The notes: a model not told the origin generated them from the letters alone. Positions 37,889-49,652 are shown, counted from the first letter of the stretch. The stretch: DNA of 64,000 nucleotides from an uncultured delta proteobacterium (GCA_963769935.1 CAVYNY010000013.1:384001-448000), one strand, 5' to 3'. Program-made: numbers and translations.

Positions 37889-40084
37889 CTAGCACAGTCT
37901 CGCGGCCAGTGATGTCAGCCGCAGCCGCGGCCGGTCATTTTTTAAGGCAATGTGCAGCGCTTTTTGGGTGCCGATTAAAATGACAAGCTTTTGCCCTCTT
38001 GTCATGGCGGTATATAACAGGTTTCTCTGCAACATGACATAATGCTGGGTCACCAGCGGTACGACGACGGCCGGATATTCAGACCCCTGGGATTTATGCA
38101 CCGAAATCGCATAAGCAATGGTTAACTGATCCAGTTCAGCAGCGTCATAACGAACGGTTCTGCCATAGTAATCGACGCTAAGCTCCGTCTTTTGCCGGTC
38201 GAACCTGCGAACCACGCCGATATCGCCGTTATAGACCTCCTTCTGGTAATTATTGATAAGGTGCATCACCTTGTCGCCGGCTTTGAAAGCATTGCCCGGG
38301 GCTTCGACCAGAACAGGCTGCGGATTCAGTATCTTTTGCAGCAGGTGGTTCAAGTTGATCGTTCCCACAGCGCCTTTGTGCATCGGCGTCAATACCTGAA
38401 TATCCAGAATGGGGTCGAAATTAAATTTACGCGGCAATTCCTCGCTGCACAGTCGCCCAATTTGGGCGGCCACCCGGTCGGGATCACCCTGCTCAATGAA
38501 ATAAAAGTCACAATTGTCATCAATGTGGTCCGACTGACCATCGACCGAAAAATCACCGTTGCGTACTTTGTGGGCATTTAGAATTATTGCGCTTTGCCGG
38601 TCCTGTCGGAATATTTTATTGAGGGAGAAAACCGGGATGCGGGCCGAATTGATCATATCGGAAAGAACATTGCCGGGCCCGATGGCCGGAAGCTGAGCGA
38701 CATCCCCCACCAGCACCATAACGGCCGACAGGGGAACCGCATCAACCAGATGATGCATCAGGACCGCGTCGACCATGGAGGCTTCATCGATGATAACGGC
38801 ATCGGCTCGAGCGGATTGTCCCGATTCCGAAGAAAGCCGCCTTCTATGAAATTGTAGCCTAGAAGACGATGGATGGTTCCGGCATTTCTGCGGGTGACCT
38901 CCGATAGACGCCGGGCGGCCCGGCCGGTAGGGGCAGCCAGCAGCACGCGCTTGCCCAGGGTTTCAAAGATGGCGCTGATAGATCGCAGCAGCGTCGTTTT
39001 ACCGGTTCCGGGGCCACCGGTGATAATGGCGATCCGATGGGAAAAGATCTGTTCGAGAACTTCCAGCTGCTCGGAGGACAGATTGATGGCCAGTTTTTTG
39101 TGAACTTCGGTTGCTATCCGCTCGGCATCAATTTCAGCGATCTCCAGCGGCAGCGAAAGCATGGCCTTCAACCGGTTTGCCAGGCCGGCTTCCGCCTGAT
39201 GCAGGTCCTTCATATATATGGCATTGGAGATCGATTCGCCGTCGAATGGGTTCCACGACAAGGACTTTCGCGGCGGCCATTTCCTCGATGGCATTTTGAA
39301 TGGTCCGGCGACCTGATTTGAAATTGATTTTCACAGCGCACAACAGGTTCTCCTCCTCGGCAAAGGTATGCCCGTCTTCGGCGTTTTGCAGCAGCATGTG
39401 CCGGATACAGGCCCTTACGCGTTCCGGATCTTCCTTTTCCATTCCCAGTTTCTGCGCGATGGTATCGGCGATAAAAAATCCGGCACCCGGAATGTCTTCG
39501 GCCAGTCTGTAAGGATCCTGCCGGATAAGATCCACCGCCTCCGGACCGTATTCTTTGTATATTTGCGCACCGCAAGCGGTTTGAACCCCCATTTGCTGCA
39601 GAAACTGCATCAGGCTCCTCAAGGTGTGATGCGCATGCCAGGCCGCGTGTATCATGGCGGCTTTGGCCTCGCCGATGCCTTCAACTTCAAGCAGGCGCTC
39701 GGGATTGCGCTCGATAATTTCGAGGGTGTTTTCCCCGAATACCTTTACCATTCTTGCCGCCATCGACGGACCGATACCTTTAATAATGCCGGAAGCCAGA
39801 TATTTTCCAATACCGTCCACCGCTGCCGGCAGGGTCACATCAAAGGATTGAATTTTAAACTGCTGGCCGTATCTGGGATGGGTCTCCCACGTACCTCTGG
39901 CTTTAATGGTTTCACCGGGGCTGACGCCGGCCAGATATCCGACCACGGTGATGCCGGTATCCAGATTCGCGGGTTTCAGACGGGCAATGGTGTAATGATT
40001 GGCTTCGTTAAAATAGGTAATACGTTCCAGGTGGCCTTCGAGAGTAAGCAAGGCGGGGGAGTTGTTTTTTTTATAGATGGCCAT
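37889..40084 (-). CDS. recD2: RecD2-like ATP-dependent helicase, split by several frameshifts
   Basis: HPRYGQQF, IKGIG, TGGPGTGKTT, APTGRAA, VGDVAQL, HKSQGSE, RNLLYTA spread over three ORFs. Breaks near 38807, 39250 and 39305-39340. Confidence 0.88.
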
Positions 40085-40166
40085 TTTTACAACTCAGATA
40101 GGAGCATTTAAATAAGATTGACTAAAATTTTAGATCATTTTAGTTCATTTTCCCAATTTATCCGGA

Positions 40167-40730
40167 TCAGGTTATAGCAGCTATAATCCACCGTGTGGCC
40201 GCAGGCAGGTCGGCGGCCGCATAATCTGCCGCAACCTGCCTTTTATGCAGCTGCTGTTCGACATCGGCCTCGCTGCCGGATTTTACCAGCACGGTCCGCC
40301 CGCAGCCGGCGAGGCGGCCGCACTCAATATCCTTGGCGGAGTCGCCGACCATGACGGCGTCGGTCAGATCGATGTTGTATTTTTGCCGGGCCTGAAACAG
40401 CAGTCCCGGCTCCGGTTTGCGACATCGGCATCCGGCTTCCGGCATGTGGGGGCAGAAGAAGACCTCCGTAATCTTACCCCCCCCGGCCGCAACCTCATCG
40501 CACATCATCGCGTGGATCGCATCCAATTCCGCGATCGAAATCAATCCGCGTGCCAGCGCGGATTGATTGGTAATCACCATACACGTAAACCCGCCGGCGG
40601 TAAGATCACCGATAGCCGTAATAGCGCCGGGCAAAAATTCAAATTCGGACCGGCTCTTGATGTAATCCGGCGAATCCCGGTTAATTGTGCCGTCCCGGTC
40701 AAGAAAAACCACCTTTTTTAACAATTCCAT
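40167..40730 (-). CDS. gmhB: D,D-heptose 1,7-bisphosphate phosphatase
   Basis: FLDRDGTIN, TNQS, CPH...CRCRKP, MVGD. Confidence 0.9.
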   Translation of the reverse strand: MELLKKVVFLDRDGTINRDSPDYIKSRSEFEFLPGAITAIGDLTAGGFTCMVITNQSALARGLISIAELDAIHAMMCDEVAAGGGKITEVFFCPHMPEAGCRCRKPEPGLLFQARQKYNIDLTDAVMVGDSAKDIECGRLAGCGRTVLVKSGSEADVEQQLHKRQVAADYAAADLPAATRWIIAAIT

Positions 40731-40759
40731 TCGGTCTTTTAATCCTCAAATTATTCTTT

Positions 40760-40950
40760 GGCCTTTTTCCTTTGACCTTAAGCCTTTTACCTATCAGCTA
40801 TGAGCCGGCACTGAAAAAGCTCTCCCGCACCCCGCGCGTGCTTTTTACCCTATGCTCCCTGCGCTATGCACCATGCACCATGCTCTATGCGCCTATCATC
40901 ACCCGTACCTCGCAAGGCGCAATCCGCAATCCGCAATCCGAAATCGAAAG
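40760..40950. repeat. Consecutive heptamer arrays
   Basis: CCTTTGA/CCTTAAG, CTATGCN/CCATGCA and CAATCCG x3 blocks. Confidence 0.7.
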
Positions 40951-40958
40951 CCCCCACC

Positions 40959-41747
40959 CTATTCGCCCACGACAAATATATCCGGATAGCCATCTTGGAT
41001 TAATATCTCTTCCTGGGCGGCAGCCTGCTCCAGGGTGTTGAATGAACCCACACGCACACGATAGAAAATTTGATCGCCCCGGTCGTAGACTTTTATATGA
41101 GCATTTTTATATTTTTGACCCAGTTTAGAGGTCAGGCGCTCGGCATTTTCTCGATTTACAAAGGCACCCACCTGAAAGGTAAAGTTGCCCGCGTTAAGAT
41201 CCACCGGTTCATAGCGCGGTGATCCGCCGTCGGTCACAGCCGGCGTGGCCAGGGCAACAACCTCGACGCTGGCCGTACCGGCTGCAACGATGCCGATCTC
41301 TTTGGCGGCCGCGTAGGAAAGGTCGATGATTCTGCTCCTCACAAACGGTCCCCGATCGTTAATCCGCAGCTCCACCTGCCGGTTGTTTTCAAGGTTGTGA
41401 ACGCGCACATAGGTGCCGAGCGGCAGGGTTTTGTGAGCCGCAGTCAGGGCATACATATCGTAAGGTTCACCGCTGGAAGTTTTCTTGCCGTGAAAATCTT
41501 CTCCGTACCAGGAGGCGATTCCGCGTTGTCGGAACCCTTTGGAATCCGGCAGCGGCTGATACCATCTGCCGTAAACTTTATAGGGCTTGGGGTAGCCGGA
41601 TGGCTGCGGGGGAGCGGGAGGTTCATGGATGACACAGCCGATAACGAAACCAAACAACACCGCAACAAATAGAAGAAGCCCCGTCCGGCAGTTTTTCTCT
41701 GAGCAAATAGCAATCTTGTTAATTTGGTTTAAATCCGCTTGACGCAA
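40959..41747 (-). CDS. rlpA: Septal ring lytic transglycosylase RlpA (DPBB + SPOR)
   Basis: Lipobox-like VIGC, GIASWYG, TAAHKTLP, INDRGPF, IIDLS, C-terminal SPOR. True start uncertain. Confidence 0.92.
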   Translation of the reverse strand: MRQADLNQINKIAICSEKNCRTGLLLFVAVLFGFVIGCVIHEPPAPPQPSGYPKPYKVYGRWYQPLPDSKGFRQRGIASWYGEDFHGKKTSSGEPYDMYALTAAHKTLPLGTYVRVHNLENNRQVELRINDRGPFVRSRIIDLSYAAAKEIGIVAAGTASVEVVALATPAVTDGGSPRYEPVDLNAGNFTFQVGAFVNRENAERLTSKLGQKYKNAHIKVYDRGDQIFYRVRVGSFNTLEQAAAQEEILIQDGYPDIFVVGE

Positions 41748-41751
41748 CTTC

Positions 41752-44157
41752 TCAATTTTCCGTTATTTTTGGCTTCTTTTTGCCGGGCTTCATTTTGGAG
41801 CGTGGTTTCTTATCGTCCAGAGCGATATCGATGACATCCAGCATCTTATCCACGAACTGGAATTTAATATCCTTTTCGACATTTTTGGGAATGTCTTCCA
41901 GATCTTTACGATTCCAATCCGGCAGGATAATCGTTTTTATTCCGGCCCGGTGGGCGGCAAGCACCTTCTCTTTAATACCGCCGACCGGCAGGACCTGGCC
42001 CCTTAACGTAATTTCGCCGGTCATCGCCAGATCCTTGCGAATGCGGGTATTCGTCAGCAGCGAGGTCAGTGCGGTCAGCATGGTTACACCGGCCGAGGGT
42101 CCGTCTTTTGGGATGGCACCGGCGGGCACATGGATATGGATATCATGTTTATCAAAAAAGTCCTCGTCGATTCCGAGGGCGCGGGCATTGGCCCGCGCAA
42201 AACTCAGCGCCGCGGTGGCCGACTCTTTCATGACCTCCCCCAGCTGCCCGGTAAGGGTCAGGCCATTTTTGCCTTTCATGGCCGTGGCTTCAATAAATAA
42301 AAGCTCGCCGCCGGCGGGCGTCCAAGCCAGGCCCGTCGCCACACCCGGTGTGGTGATTCTGGCCTTGGTTTCGGAAGTAAAACGGACAGGGCCGAGGAAA
42401 CTGTGAATGTCGTCGACTTTGATGGTCGTGGCATCAACTTTGCCCTCGGCAATTTTACTGGCTACCCCCCGGCATATATTGGCTATTTCCCGCTCCAGGT
42501 TCCGCAAGCCGGCTTCACGGGTATAGCCCATAACAATGTGCTTTACCGCACTGCTGCTGAATTTGATTTGCCTGGCACTCAGACCGTGTTCCTCCCGCTG
42601 ACGGGGGACGAGAAAGCGATTGGCAATTTTTATTTTTTCATCCAGGGTGTATCCGTGCAGCATCAGCACTTCCATCCGGTCGTGCAGCGCCGGCGGGATG
42701 GTGTCCAGAATGTTGGCGGTTGTGATGAACATGACTTTGGAAAGATCGAACGGAACGTCCAGGTAGTGATCGGTAAAAGAAAAATTCTGCTCGGGATCTA
42801 GCACTTCCAGCAAAGCCGAGGAGGGATCACCGCGGAAATCGCTGCCCACCTTGTCGATTTCATCCAGCATGAATATCGGGTTATTGGACTCCGCCCGCCG
42901 CAATCCCTGAATGATCCGACCGGGCAGTGCGCCGACATAGGTGCGCCGATGGCCTCGGATTTCGGCCTCGTCGCGCACTCCGCCCAGGGAAATACGGTAA
43001 AATTTGCGCCCCAGAGCCCGGGCAATGGATTGTCCCAGAGAGGTCTTACCGGTTCCGGGAGGGCCGGCAAAACACAGAATCGGTCCCTTCGATTCAGGCT
43101 TCAGCTTACGAACCGCCAGGTATTCAATGATCCGCCGTTTAGGCTTTTCCAGCCCGAAATGGTCATCGTCCAGTATTTTCCTGGCCTTCTGGATATCCAG
43201 ATTATCCTGAGTACTGGTATGCCAGGGCAGGGATGTGACCCAGTCCAGATAGGTGGAGGCCACCGTGTACTCGGCAGATGACGGGTGCATGCGGGACAAC
43301 CGATCCAGTTCCCGCTCGGCTTCCTTGCGCGCCTCTTGCGGCAGATTTTTTTCCTCGATCTTGGCCCGGTATTCTTCAATTTCAACACTGGCCTCATCTT
43401 TTTCACCCAGTTCTTCTTTGATGGCCTTCAGCTGCTGCCGCAGGTAATATTCGCGTTGACTTTTATCCATATCCCCCTTGACCTGGCTTCGGATCTTATC
43501 GCCCAGCTCCAGGATTTCGAGCTGATGGTTTACCAGGCGGGTGATTTCTTTCAGGCGCTTTTTAACATCTTCCAGTTCCAGGATCTTTTGTTTTTCTTCG
43601 TGATTCGAGTTGATGGTGGATGCGATCATATCCGCCAGGGTTCCGGGTTCCTGGATGGTTTTGGCCATGTGCGCGATCTCAGGCGGCAGCCCCGGAGACA
43701 GCTCGACAACCCTCTCAAACTGGGTGAGGATATTGGTCATCAGCGCTTCAGTTTCATTGTCTTTTTTCTCGACATCTTTGATCAATGCAATCTGGGCAAC
43801 CAGGTAGGGCTTTCCGTCTTTAAAGGATTTTATTTTAAACCGGCTCAGCCCCTGCACCAGCAATTGAGTTCGATTATCATGCGTCTTGGCCATTTTGAGA
43901 ATCAAGGCGCTGGTCCCCACCGGAGCGAGATCTTCCCGATCAGGAGTATTTTTCTCCTCGGGCTTTTTCGATACGACCAAACCGATTATCCGATCTTTGG
44001 CCATCGCTTCATCTACCAGCTTAACAGATTCACCCTGCATAACCACCAGCGGCAAAACCATTTTGGGAAACAGCACCGCATCATACAGCGGCAATATCGG
44101 TAGGTCTTCCGGTACCTGCTCTGCGTCAACTTCCATGGGTGACTGTTGATCAGCCAT
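41752..44157 (-). CDS. lon: ATP-dependent protease La
   Basis: GPPGTGKT, GHRRTYVG, LDEIDK, PKDGPSAG, GGIKEK. Confidence 0.97.
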   Translation of the reverse strand: MADQQSPMEVDAEQVPEDLPILPLYDAVLFPKMVLPLVVMQGESVKLVDEAMAKDRIIGLVVSKKPEEKNTPDREDLAPVGTSALILKMAKTHDNRTQLLVQGLSRFKIKSFKDGKPYLVAQIALIKDVEKKDNETEALMTNILTQFERVVELSPGLPPEIAHMAKTIQEPGTLADMIASTINSNHEEKQKILELEDVKKRLKEITRLVNHQLEILELGDKIRSQVKGDMDKSQREYYLRQQLKAIKEELGEKDEASVEIEEYRAKIEEKNLPQEARKEAERELDRLSRMHPSSAEYTVASTYLDWVTSLPWHTSTQDNLDIQKARKILDDDHFGLEKPKRRIIEYLAVRKLKPESKGPILCFAGPPGTGKTSLGQSIARALGRKFYRISLGGVRDEAEIRGHRRTYVGALPGRIIQGLRRAESNNPIFMLDEIDKVGSDFRGDPSSALLEVLDPEQNFSFTDHYLDVPFDLSKVMFITTANILDTIPPALHDRMEVLMLHGYTLDEKIKIANRFLVPRQREEHGLSARQIKFSSSAVKHIVMGYTREAGLRNLEREIANICRGVASKIAEGKVDATTIKVDDIHSFLGPVRFTSETKARITTPGVATGLAWTPAGGELLFIEATAMKGKNGLTLTGQLGEVMKESATAALSFARANARALGIDEDFFDKHDIHIHVPAGAIPKDGPSAGVTMLTALTSLLTNTRIRKDLAMTGEITLRGQVLPVGGIKEKVLAAHRAGIKTIILPDWNRKDLEDIPKNVEKDIKFQFVDKMLDVIDIALDDKKPRSKMKPGKKKPKITEN

Positions 44158-44393
44158 ATTTTCCTCCCAACCTTGTTGTGAACATCAGAAAAACCTGGGT
44201 GAAGACAATCTGCGCTGACATCCGCGCGGCATATCCGGTTTACTCAATCCGAAATCCCTGGCCCAGACCGACTTTACAGAGCTTTTCCTGTACTATACAC
44301 TTGTGATGAATCTCACATACTGTCATTTTAACCAATACGGTCGCACCAGGGCGGGCCGAATTCTGCAATCCGCCAACCGCAATCGAAAAACCC

Positions 44394-44840
44394 CTATCCG
44401 TCCTGAATGGGTATTTGATGGATTTTCTCCGGGGGTTGCTTGGCCAACCGGATTTCAAGCAGCCCGTTTTGATAGGCGGCGGAAACCACCTCGGGATCAA
44501 TAGCCGCCGGCAGAAACAGAATGCGCTCAAACCGGCCGTACTGAATTTCAGCGAGTCGATAAGTTGCATCGCTGGTGCAATGCTTGGCAACGCGATTGCC
44601 TTGAATCCTCACGGCTTTGGAACTTATTTCAACCTCCAGATCATCTTTGTCGACCCCCGGGACCTCGGCCACAATGACAACTTCTTCCGGAGTTTCATTC
44701 ATATCCATGGGCGGTTTCCATGAACGCTCGGCAAGTGTGAAAGCCGGACTCATCGATCGAAACATGTCTTCGATCGTCTTTTCGAATTTGGAATCTAGAT
44801 GTCCGAAATCATCTAAAAATCGTATTTTGATGTACTCCAT
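44394..44840 (-). CDS. Hsp20/alpha-crystallin protein
   Basis: WKPPMD, EVPGV, EIQYGRFER, AYQNGLL. Confidence 0.92.
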   Translation of the reverse strand: MEYIKIRFLDDFGHLDSKFEKTIEDMFRSMSPAFTLAERSWKPPMDMNETPEEVVIVAEVPGVDKDDLEVEISSKAVRIQGNRVAKHCTSDATYRLAEIQYGRFERILFLPAAIDPEVVSAAYQNGLLEIRLAKQPPEKIHQIPIQDG

Positions 44841-45030
44841 TTCCGGCTCCTAATGTTGGACTATGAGGTTTGCCAAAGTTGGAACGTTATTATCTCCTCC
44901 AAGTCAAATTGAAACGAAAATAACACCTACCGCAAGCTTTGTAAAGAGAAGATGGTTTCGATTCAGTGCTCCGTCATCGATATGAGTGATCGAAAGATTT
45001 TTATAAAAATATTGGTCCAATAAAATCCAT

Positions 45031-45243
45031 GAAAATTCCAAGCACCAAAATCCAAAGTCCAAACAAACTCCAAGAACCCAAATTCAAAATTCCAAACAAA
45101 CGAATCTGCTGCAGTTGCCCCAACGGCATCATCACCTATGAGCCCGAGATCTAAGAAGCAATACGAAGCACTTGTTGTGAATGTTTTTGGTCATTGAATA
45201 TTGAAATTTGTTTGTAATTTGGTGCTTGAGATTTGGGATTTTG
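45031..45243. repeat. Inverted heptamer arrays
   Basis: AAATTCCAAGCACCAAAATCCAAA block facing a TTTGGTGCTTGAGATTTGGGATTT block. Confidence 0.7.
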
Positions 45244-45390
45244 TGGTCTTATAAAGCCTACTGATGCATTAAGTTTAGATTTTGCGTTGACCTTACCCGG
45301 CGCAACACGCTCCCGGCAACCTGCCTTGACAAGGTAATCGGCATGCTTAAAGTGGTTAAAACACAACTAGCTAAACCAGGAGGTGGGATC

Positions 45391-45840
45391 ATGACACTCG
45401 TCAGATGGGACCCGTTCCGCGACGTTGCAGAGCTTCAAAACCGAATCAATCGCATGTTTGACGAATCCTTCGGCCGCACTAGAGATCCGGAGGATGAAGT
45501 CGGCTTGCGTGCCTGGAGACCTGCGGTTGACATTTATGAAATTGAAAACGGAATTGCGATTGATGTGGAACTACCCGGTGTCGCCAAGGAAGACGTTGCA
45601 GTAGAAGTCAAAGATGATGTTTTGACCCTCAAAGGTGAACGAGCCGCCAATCCTCATATTAAGGAAGATAATTACTACCGCCGCGAACGCCTCTATGGAC
45701 CTTTCAAGCGATCCTTCACCCTTCATCAAAACATTCAGCCCGCGCAAATCAAGGCAACCTTTAAAGACGGAATCCTGCGGGTAGAAATTCCCAGACCCGT
45801 GGAAGAGCGACCCAAACAGATCACGGTTAACGTTGAATAA
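45391..45840 (+). CDS. Hsp20/alpha-crystallin protein
   Basis: MTLVRWDPF, WRPAVDIYE, ELPGV, RRERLYGPFKRSF, FKDGIL; AGGAGG RBS. Confidence 0.95.
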   Translation: MTLVRWDPFRDVAELQNRINRMFDESFGRTRDPEDEVGLRAWRPAVDIYEIENGIAIDVELPGVAKEDVAVEVKDDVLTLKGERAANPHIKEDNYYRRERLYGPFKRSFTLHQNIQPAQIKATFKDGILRVEIPRPVEERPKQITVNVE

Positions 45841-45872
45841 ACTCTTAAATTGAACAAAATGAGTGAGACAGA

Positions 45873-47018
45873 TTGCGGACAAGTTTCAGGTTCTTCATCA
45901 GTTCCCAGTACTTTATTTATTTCGGCGTGCTGGGAATATTTTTGCCCTATTTCAATCTGTACTGCTACCATCTCGGATTCAACGGTCTTCAGATCGGGGT
46001 CCTCTCCGCCTTGCGGTCCGCGGCCCTGGTTCTTTTCCCGCTGATCTGGGGATCGCTGGCCGATCGTTTTGATATTCGCAAACCAATCTACATTCTCTGC
46101 ACTTTTCTCAGCGCATCCGTCTGGGTCCTGTACCTGTTCTATGTCGATTTCTGGCCGATGCTGATGATCACCGCTCTTTACGGCATTTTTTACGCCCCCA
46201 TCATTTCCTTTTTAGAAGCCGTAACTATCGATGGGCTGGGCACAGAAAAAAAAAGCTACGGCCGGATACGGGCCTGGGGATCGATCAGTTTTATTTTCAT
46301 GGTTCTCGTGCTGGGCAAGATAATCGACCTGTATGCCGTGGATATCATCCTGATACTCATTTTAGCCGGTTCTCTGATGTTGGCGGTTATTTCAATCCGC
46401 GTCCCCGCCATCAAAATCCGCCGTAAAGATCTCAGGGCGCAAAGCGCCGATAAGCTGCTGACAAAACGTTCCGTTGTGTTTCTTTTTTGTGGGTTTCTGA
46501 TGCTGGCCAGCCACGGCGCTTACTACGGCTTTTTTTCGATCCACCTGGAAAATTTGGGATACGACAACACCTTCATTGGAATTGCCTGGGCCGTCGCATC
46601 CACCTCCGAAATCCTGGTCATGATCAAATCCGATAAAATATTTGGCCGTTTTACATTGGAAAATGTCCTCTTCTTCTCCTTTCTGACGGCTGCTGTCAGG
46701 TGGATAATCCTTTTTTTGGCCGGGTCGGCCGCAGTCATTCTGCTGTCCCAGATTCTGCATGCCGTCACCTACGGCACATTTCACATGGCCAGCATCCTTT
46801 ACATTGATCGTCTGGCGCCGGAACAGGCCAAAACCATGGGCCAGGCAGTCAACAATGCCATGAGTTACGGTCTCGGATCGATGGTGGGTTTTTTCATCAA
46901 TGGTTACGTTTATGAAATCACGGGTTCATATACCTTGTTTTTGCTGAGCAGTTTAATCGCTCTGGCAGGGGGCCTGATTTTCCAGAGTTGCCAGCTTGCG
47001 CTGCGCGGTCGCAGTTGA
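45873..47018 (+). CDS. MFS transporter (HcaT / MFS_1-like)
   Basis: About 12 TM segments, WGSLADR, YGRIRAWGSI. Confidence 0.9.
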   Translation: MRTSFRFFISSQYFIYFGVLGIFLPYFNLYCYHLGFNGLQIGVLSALRSAALVLFPLIWGSLADRFDIRKPIYILCTFLSASVWVLYLFYVDFWPMLMITALYGIFYAPIISFLEAVTIDGLGTEKKSYGRIRAWGSISFIFMVLVLGKIIDLYAVDIILILILAGSLMLAVISIRVPAIKIRRKDLRAQSADKLLTKRSVVFLFCGFLMLASHGAYYGFFSIHLENLGYDNTFIGIAWAVASTSEILVMIKSDKIFGRFTLENVLFFSFLTAAVRWIILFLAGSAAVILLSQILHAVTYGTFHMASILYIDRLAPEQAKTMGQAVNNAMSYGLGSMVGFFINGYVYEITGSYTLFLLSSLIALAGGLIFQSCQLALRGRS

Positions 47019-47030
47019 AAAAAAGCCGAA

Positions 47031-48629
47031 TCAGTTTTCGATAAAGCACGCCAGCTGACGAAGCTGGGTCGGATGCCGCAACTTCTGCAAGGCTCTGGCT
47101 TCGATTTGTCTGATCCGCTCGCGGGTCAGCGCAAAGTCCCGACTGATTTCATCAAGGGTGTGATCGCTCGCTTCGCCGATGCCGAACCGCAGGCGCAATA
47201 CTCTTTCTTCACGGGGGCTTAGGGTGGCAAGCACCTTTCGGATTTTTTCGGCGGCATCATGATTGATGGCGGCATTCAGGGGGCCGCCCGGCTCTCCGTC
47301 GGAAATGAGGTAACCCAATTCGTGCCCGCCATGTTCGCTCAAAGGTGTATTCAGCGAAAGCGGCTCTTCATCGAATTTCAACATGCTATCGACATTTTCG
47401 CGGGAAATATTCAACTCGGCCGCAATTTCATCGGTATGCCCGGCGGGGGATTCCTCCGTTATCAAATTTTTTGATGTGCGCTTGATTTTTTTGAGGTTTT
47501 CATTCATATGCACCGGGATTCGAATTAAACGGGAATGATTGTCAATGGCACGAAAAATAGCCTGTTTAATCCACCAGGTTGCATATGTGCTGAATTTAAA
47601 TCCAAAACGATAATCGAATTTCTCGACCGCCTTTATCAGGCCAAGATTGCCTTCCTGGATGCAATCCAAGAGCTGCATTTTTCCGGACGAATACCGTCGG
47701 GCAATGTTGAAAACCAGCCGCAAATTCGCCGTGACGAATTCGTTTTTGGCTGTTTGGGCCGACCGACAGCCGAATTCGATCCTCTCCCGGATTCGCAGGA
47801 ATCTCCCGGCATTCATGCCAAGCTTTTTCTCCATTTGTTTAATCGATTGAACAGCGTTTTTTAGTTCCTGATATATCGACGCCCGCTCTGAGGTTGTCAG
47901 GGAACTGCGCAATCCTGCCCACCGCATGAAGCGACTTTGATTCCCCAAATGCGCCGACACTTCCTCCGCCGAGGCATTTACCAAGCCGGCAAGTTGATAT
48001 GCGCTGGATCTCAGGGAATCCATCCGATCAGCCTGTCCGCGGATTTCATTCACCAGGCATTCAATGATTTCGGGATTAATGCGCCATTCCTCCAAAAGAT
48101 CAGCCATCCGCTTAGCCTGTTTGATAGTCGCTTTGTACATGCGCCGTCTTTTTTCGGAGGTCCGGTTATCCGCTGCAAGCCGATCACGAAGACTTTGGTT
48201 TGCACCATGCAATTTTTTAATGAGTTTGACTGCTTTTAAAAAATTATGCTCGACGTCGCTTTCATCGGGAACATCTTCACCGAATTTCACACTTCGCAAG
48301 ACCTTTCTGGCTGACAAGGCGCCCGTCTCAATCTGCCGGCCGAGGTGCAGGATATGCTCCGCAGCACACGGGGTCTGCAATAGGGCATGCATGATGATGT
48401 TTTCACCGGCTTCAATCCGTTTGGCAATGCGGACTTCATCTTCCCGGCTCAACAATTTATAACTGCCGACTTCCCGAATATACGACGCGACGGTCTGGTA
48501 ATCTGAGCCGTAAAAGGAATCGCTGCCGGTCTTAATATTCGCAGAATTGCTGTTTGCATCTTCCCGGCGCATGGGCTCGCGCCTGTTTGCAAAGCTGGTT
48601 CTTTCCAAAGTGATGTCTATGTTCTCCAT
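47031..48629 (-). CDS. RpoD-like sigma70-family factor lacking region 1.1
   Basis: YIREV...LLSREDE, ANLRLV, QEGNLGL, FSTYATWWIKQAI, TRERIRQIE. Confidence 0.92.
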   Translation of the reverse strand: MENIDITLERTSFANRREPMRREDANSNSANIKTGSDSFYGSDYQTVASYIREVGSYKLLSREDEVRIAKRIEAGENIIMHALLQTPCAAEHILHLGRQIETGALSARKVLRSVKFGEDVPDESDVEHNFLKAVKLIKKLHGANQSLRDRLAADNRTSEKRRRMYKATIKQAKRMADLLEEWRINPEIIECLVNEIRGQADRMDSLRSSAYQLAGLVNASAEEVSAHLGNQSRFMRWAGLRSSLTTSERASIYQELKNAVQSIKQMEKKLGMNAGRFLRIRERIEFGCRSAQTAKNEFVTANLRLVFNIARRYSSGKMQLLDCIQEGNLGLIKAVEKFDYRFGFKFSTYATWWIKQAIFRAIDNHSRLIRIPVHMNENLKKIKRTSKNLITEESPAGHTDEIAAELNISRENVDSMLKFDEEPLSLNTPLSEHGGHELGYLISDGEPGGPLNAAINHDAAEKIRKVLATLSPREERVLRLRFGIGEASDHTLDEISRDFALTRERIRQIEARALQKLRHPTQLRQLACFIEN

Positions 48630-48921
48630 TCAATATCCCTTAATGTTTTTGTTGATGGTGGATCATAGAGGTCCGACACGCCTGCAGGGTCAACGACCAT
48701 CTCCCGGGCATGGCCGGGGATGATTTGAGAACTTGCGGCGAATTAATCCAATTAAGGATACTATACAGCCGCATATTAACCGGAAAATGACGGGAAAATG
48801 ACCAAAATGTTATCTACACGATCAAGCGGGATGCAACCAATTGAATTTGATGAGCATTACAATTCAAATTCAGATAGAAGACACAGCATCATTTTGGTTT
48901 ACAGGTTCAAATTTTTAAAGC

Positions 48922-48936
48922 GACCGGTTGGTATAT
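48922..48936. promoter_or_regulatory. Putative TetR operator upstream of the sigma factor gene
   Basis: Reverse complement ATATACCAACCGGTC matches 49653-49667 at 14 of 15 positions. Confidence 0.5.
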
Positions 48937-48963
48937 TAATTATCCAAGATAGCTTATAAGATT

Positions 48964-49563
48964 TTACTGTTTTTTCAGCTGCTGGATATAAAACCGCAGC
49001 TGGCGGATGGTTTGCTCCAGTACGGAGCGGTCATGGCTGGATATGTAAAGCGCCGCGGCCCCGTTTAAAGATATGATGATAAAGTTGGCAATCTCTTTAA
49101 AATCCAGGGCTTCCTTAAGCATGCCTTTTACAGCTGTCTCCTGCAGCCAGGAGCGCAGCAGACCGGAGAGGCGTACAAATCCACGCAGAATCTGCCTGCT
49201 CATCGATTCCGACTGGCCCGAAAGTTCAACCAGCATGTTGAGAAAGAAACAGCCGCCTTCAAAAACATCGGCTCCCAGGTAATTTAACAGGTCATTTTCA
49301 ATAAATTTTTCGACTCGCTTGAGCGGATCCGAATTGTTGCGGATTCCTTTGAAAACAATGCCTTTCCAGATGTTCACGGCTTCATCGTAAACCGCATACC
49401 AGATATCCTCCTTGCTGGCAAAATGGCCGTAGAGACCGCCCTTGGTCAAACCTGTGGCGTCGAGTATGTCGCTGACGGAGGTATTGTAATAGCCTTTCAC
49501 CGAAAAGAGCTGCAAGGATTTTTCAATGATATTTCGACGGGTTCGGATGCCTTTAGTGGCCAT
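48964..49563 (-). CDS. TetR/AcrR-family regulator
   Basis: LFSVKGY..TSVSDI...GLTKGGLYGHFASKE, GGCFF. Confidence 0.93.
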   Translation of the reverse strand: MATKGIRTRRNIIEKSLQLFSVKGYYNTSVSDILDATGLTKGGLYGHFASKEDIWYAVYDEAVNIWKGIVFKGIRNNSDPLKRVEKFIENDLLNYLGADVFEGGCFFLNMLVELSGQSESMSRQILRGFVRLSGLLRSWLQETAVKGMLKEALDFKEIANFIIISLNGAAALYISSHDRSVLEQTIRQLRFYIQQLKKQ

Positions 49564-49652
49564 AATCGGTTTCGTTAATTAATCCGCTCTGAAGAATATC
49601 ACATTCAGGGTGGTAATTTGCTTTTTGACAGCTGGGAAAAGATGAATTTTTT

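Noticed and set aside
41752..45840. lon plus two Hsp20 genes as a novel system
   Set aside because: This is an ordinary protein quality-control cluster.
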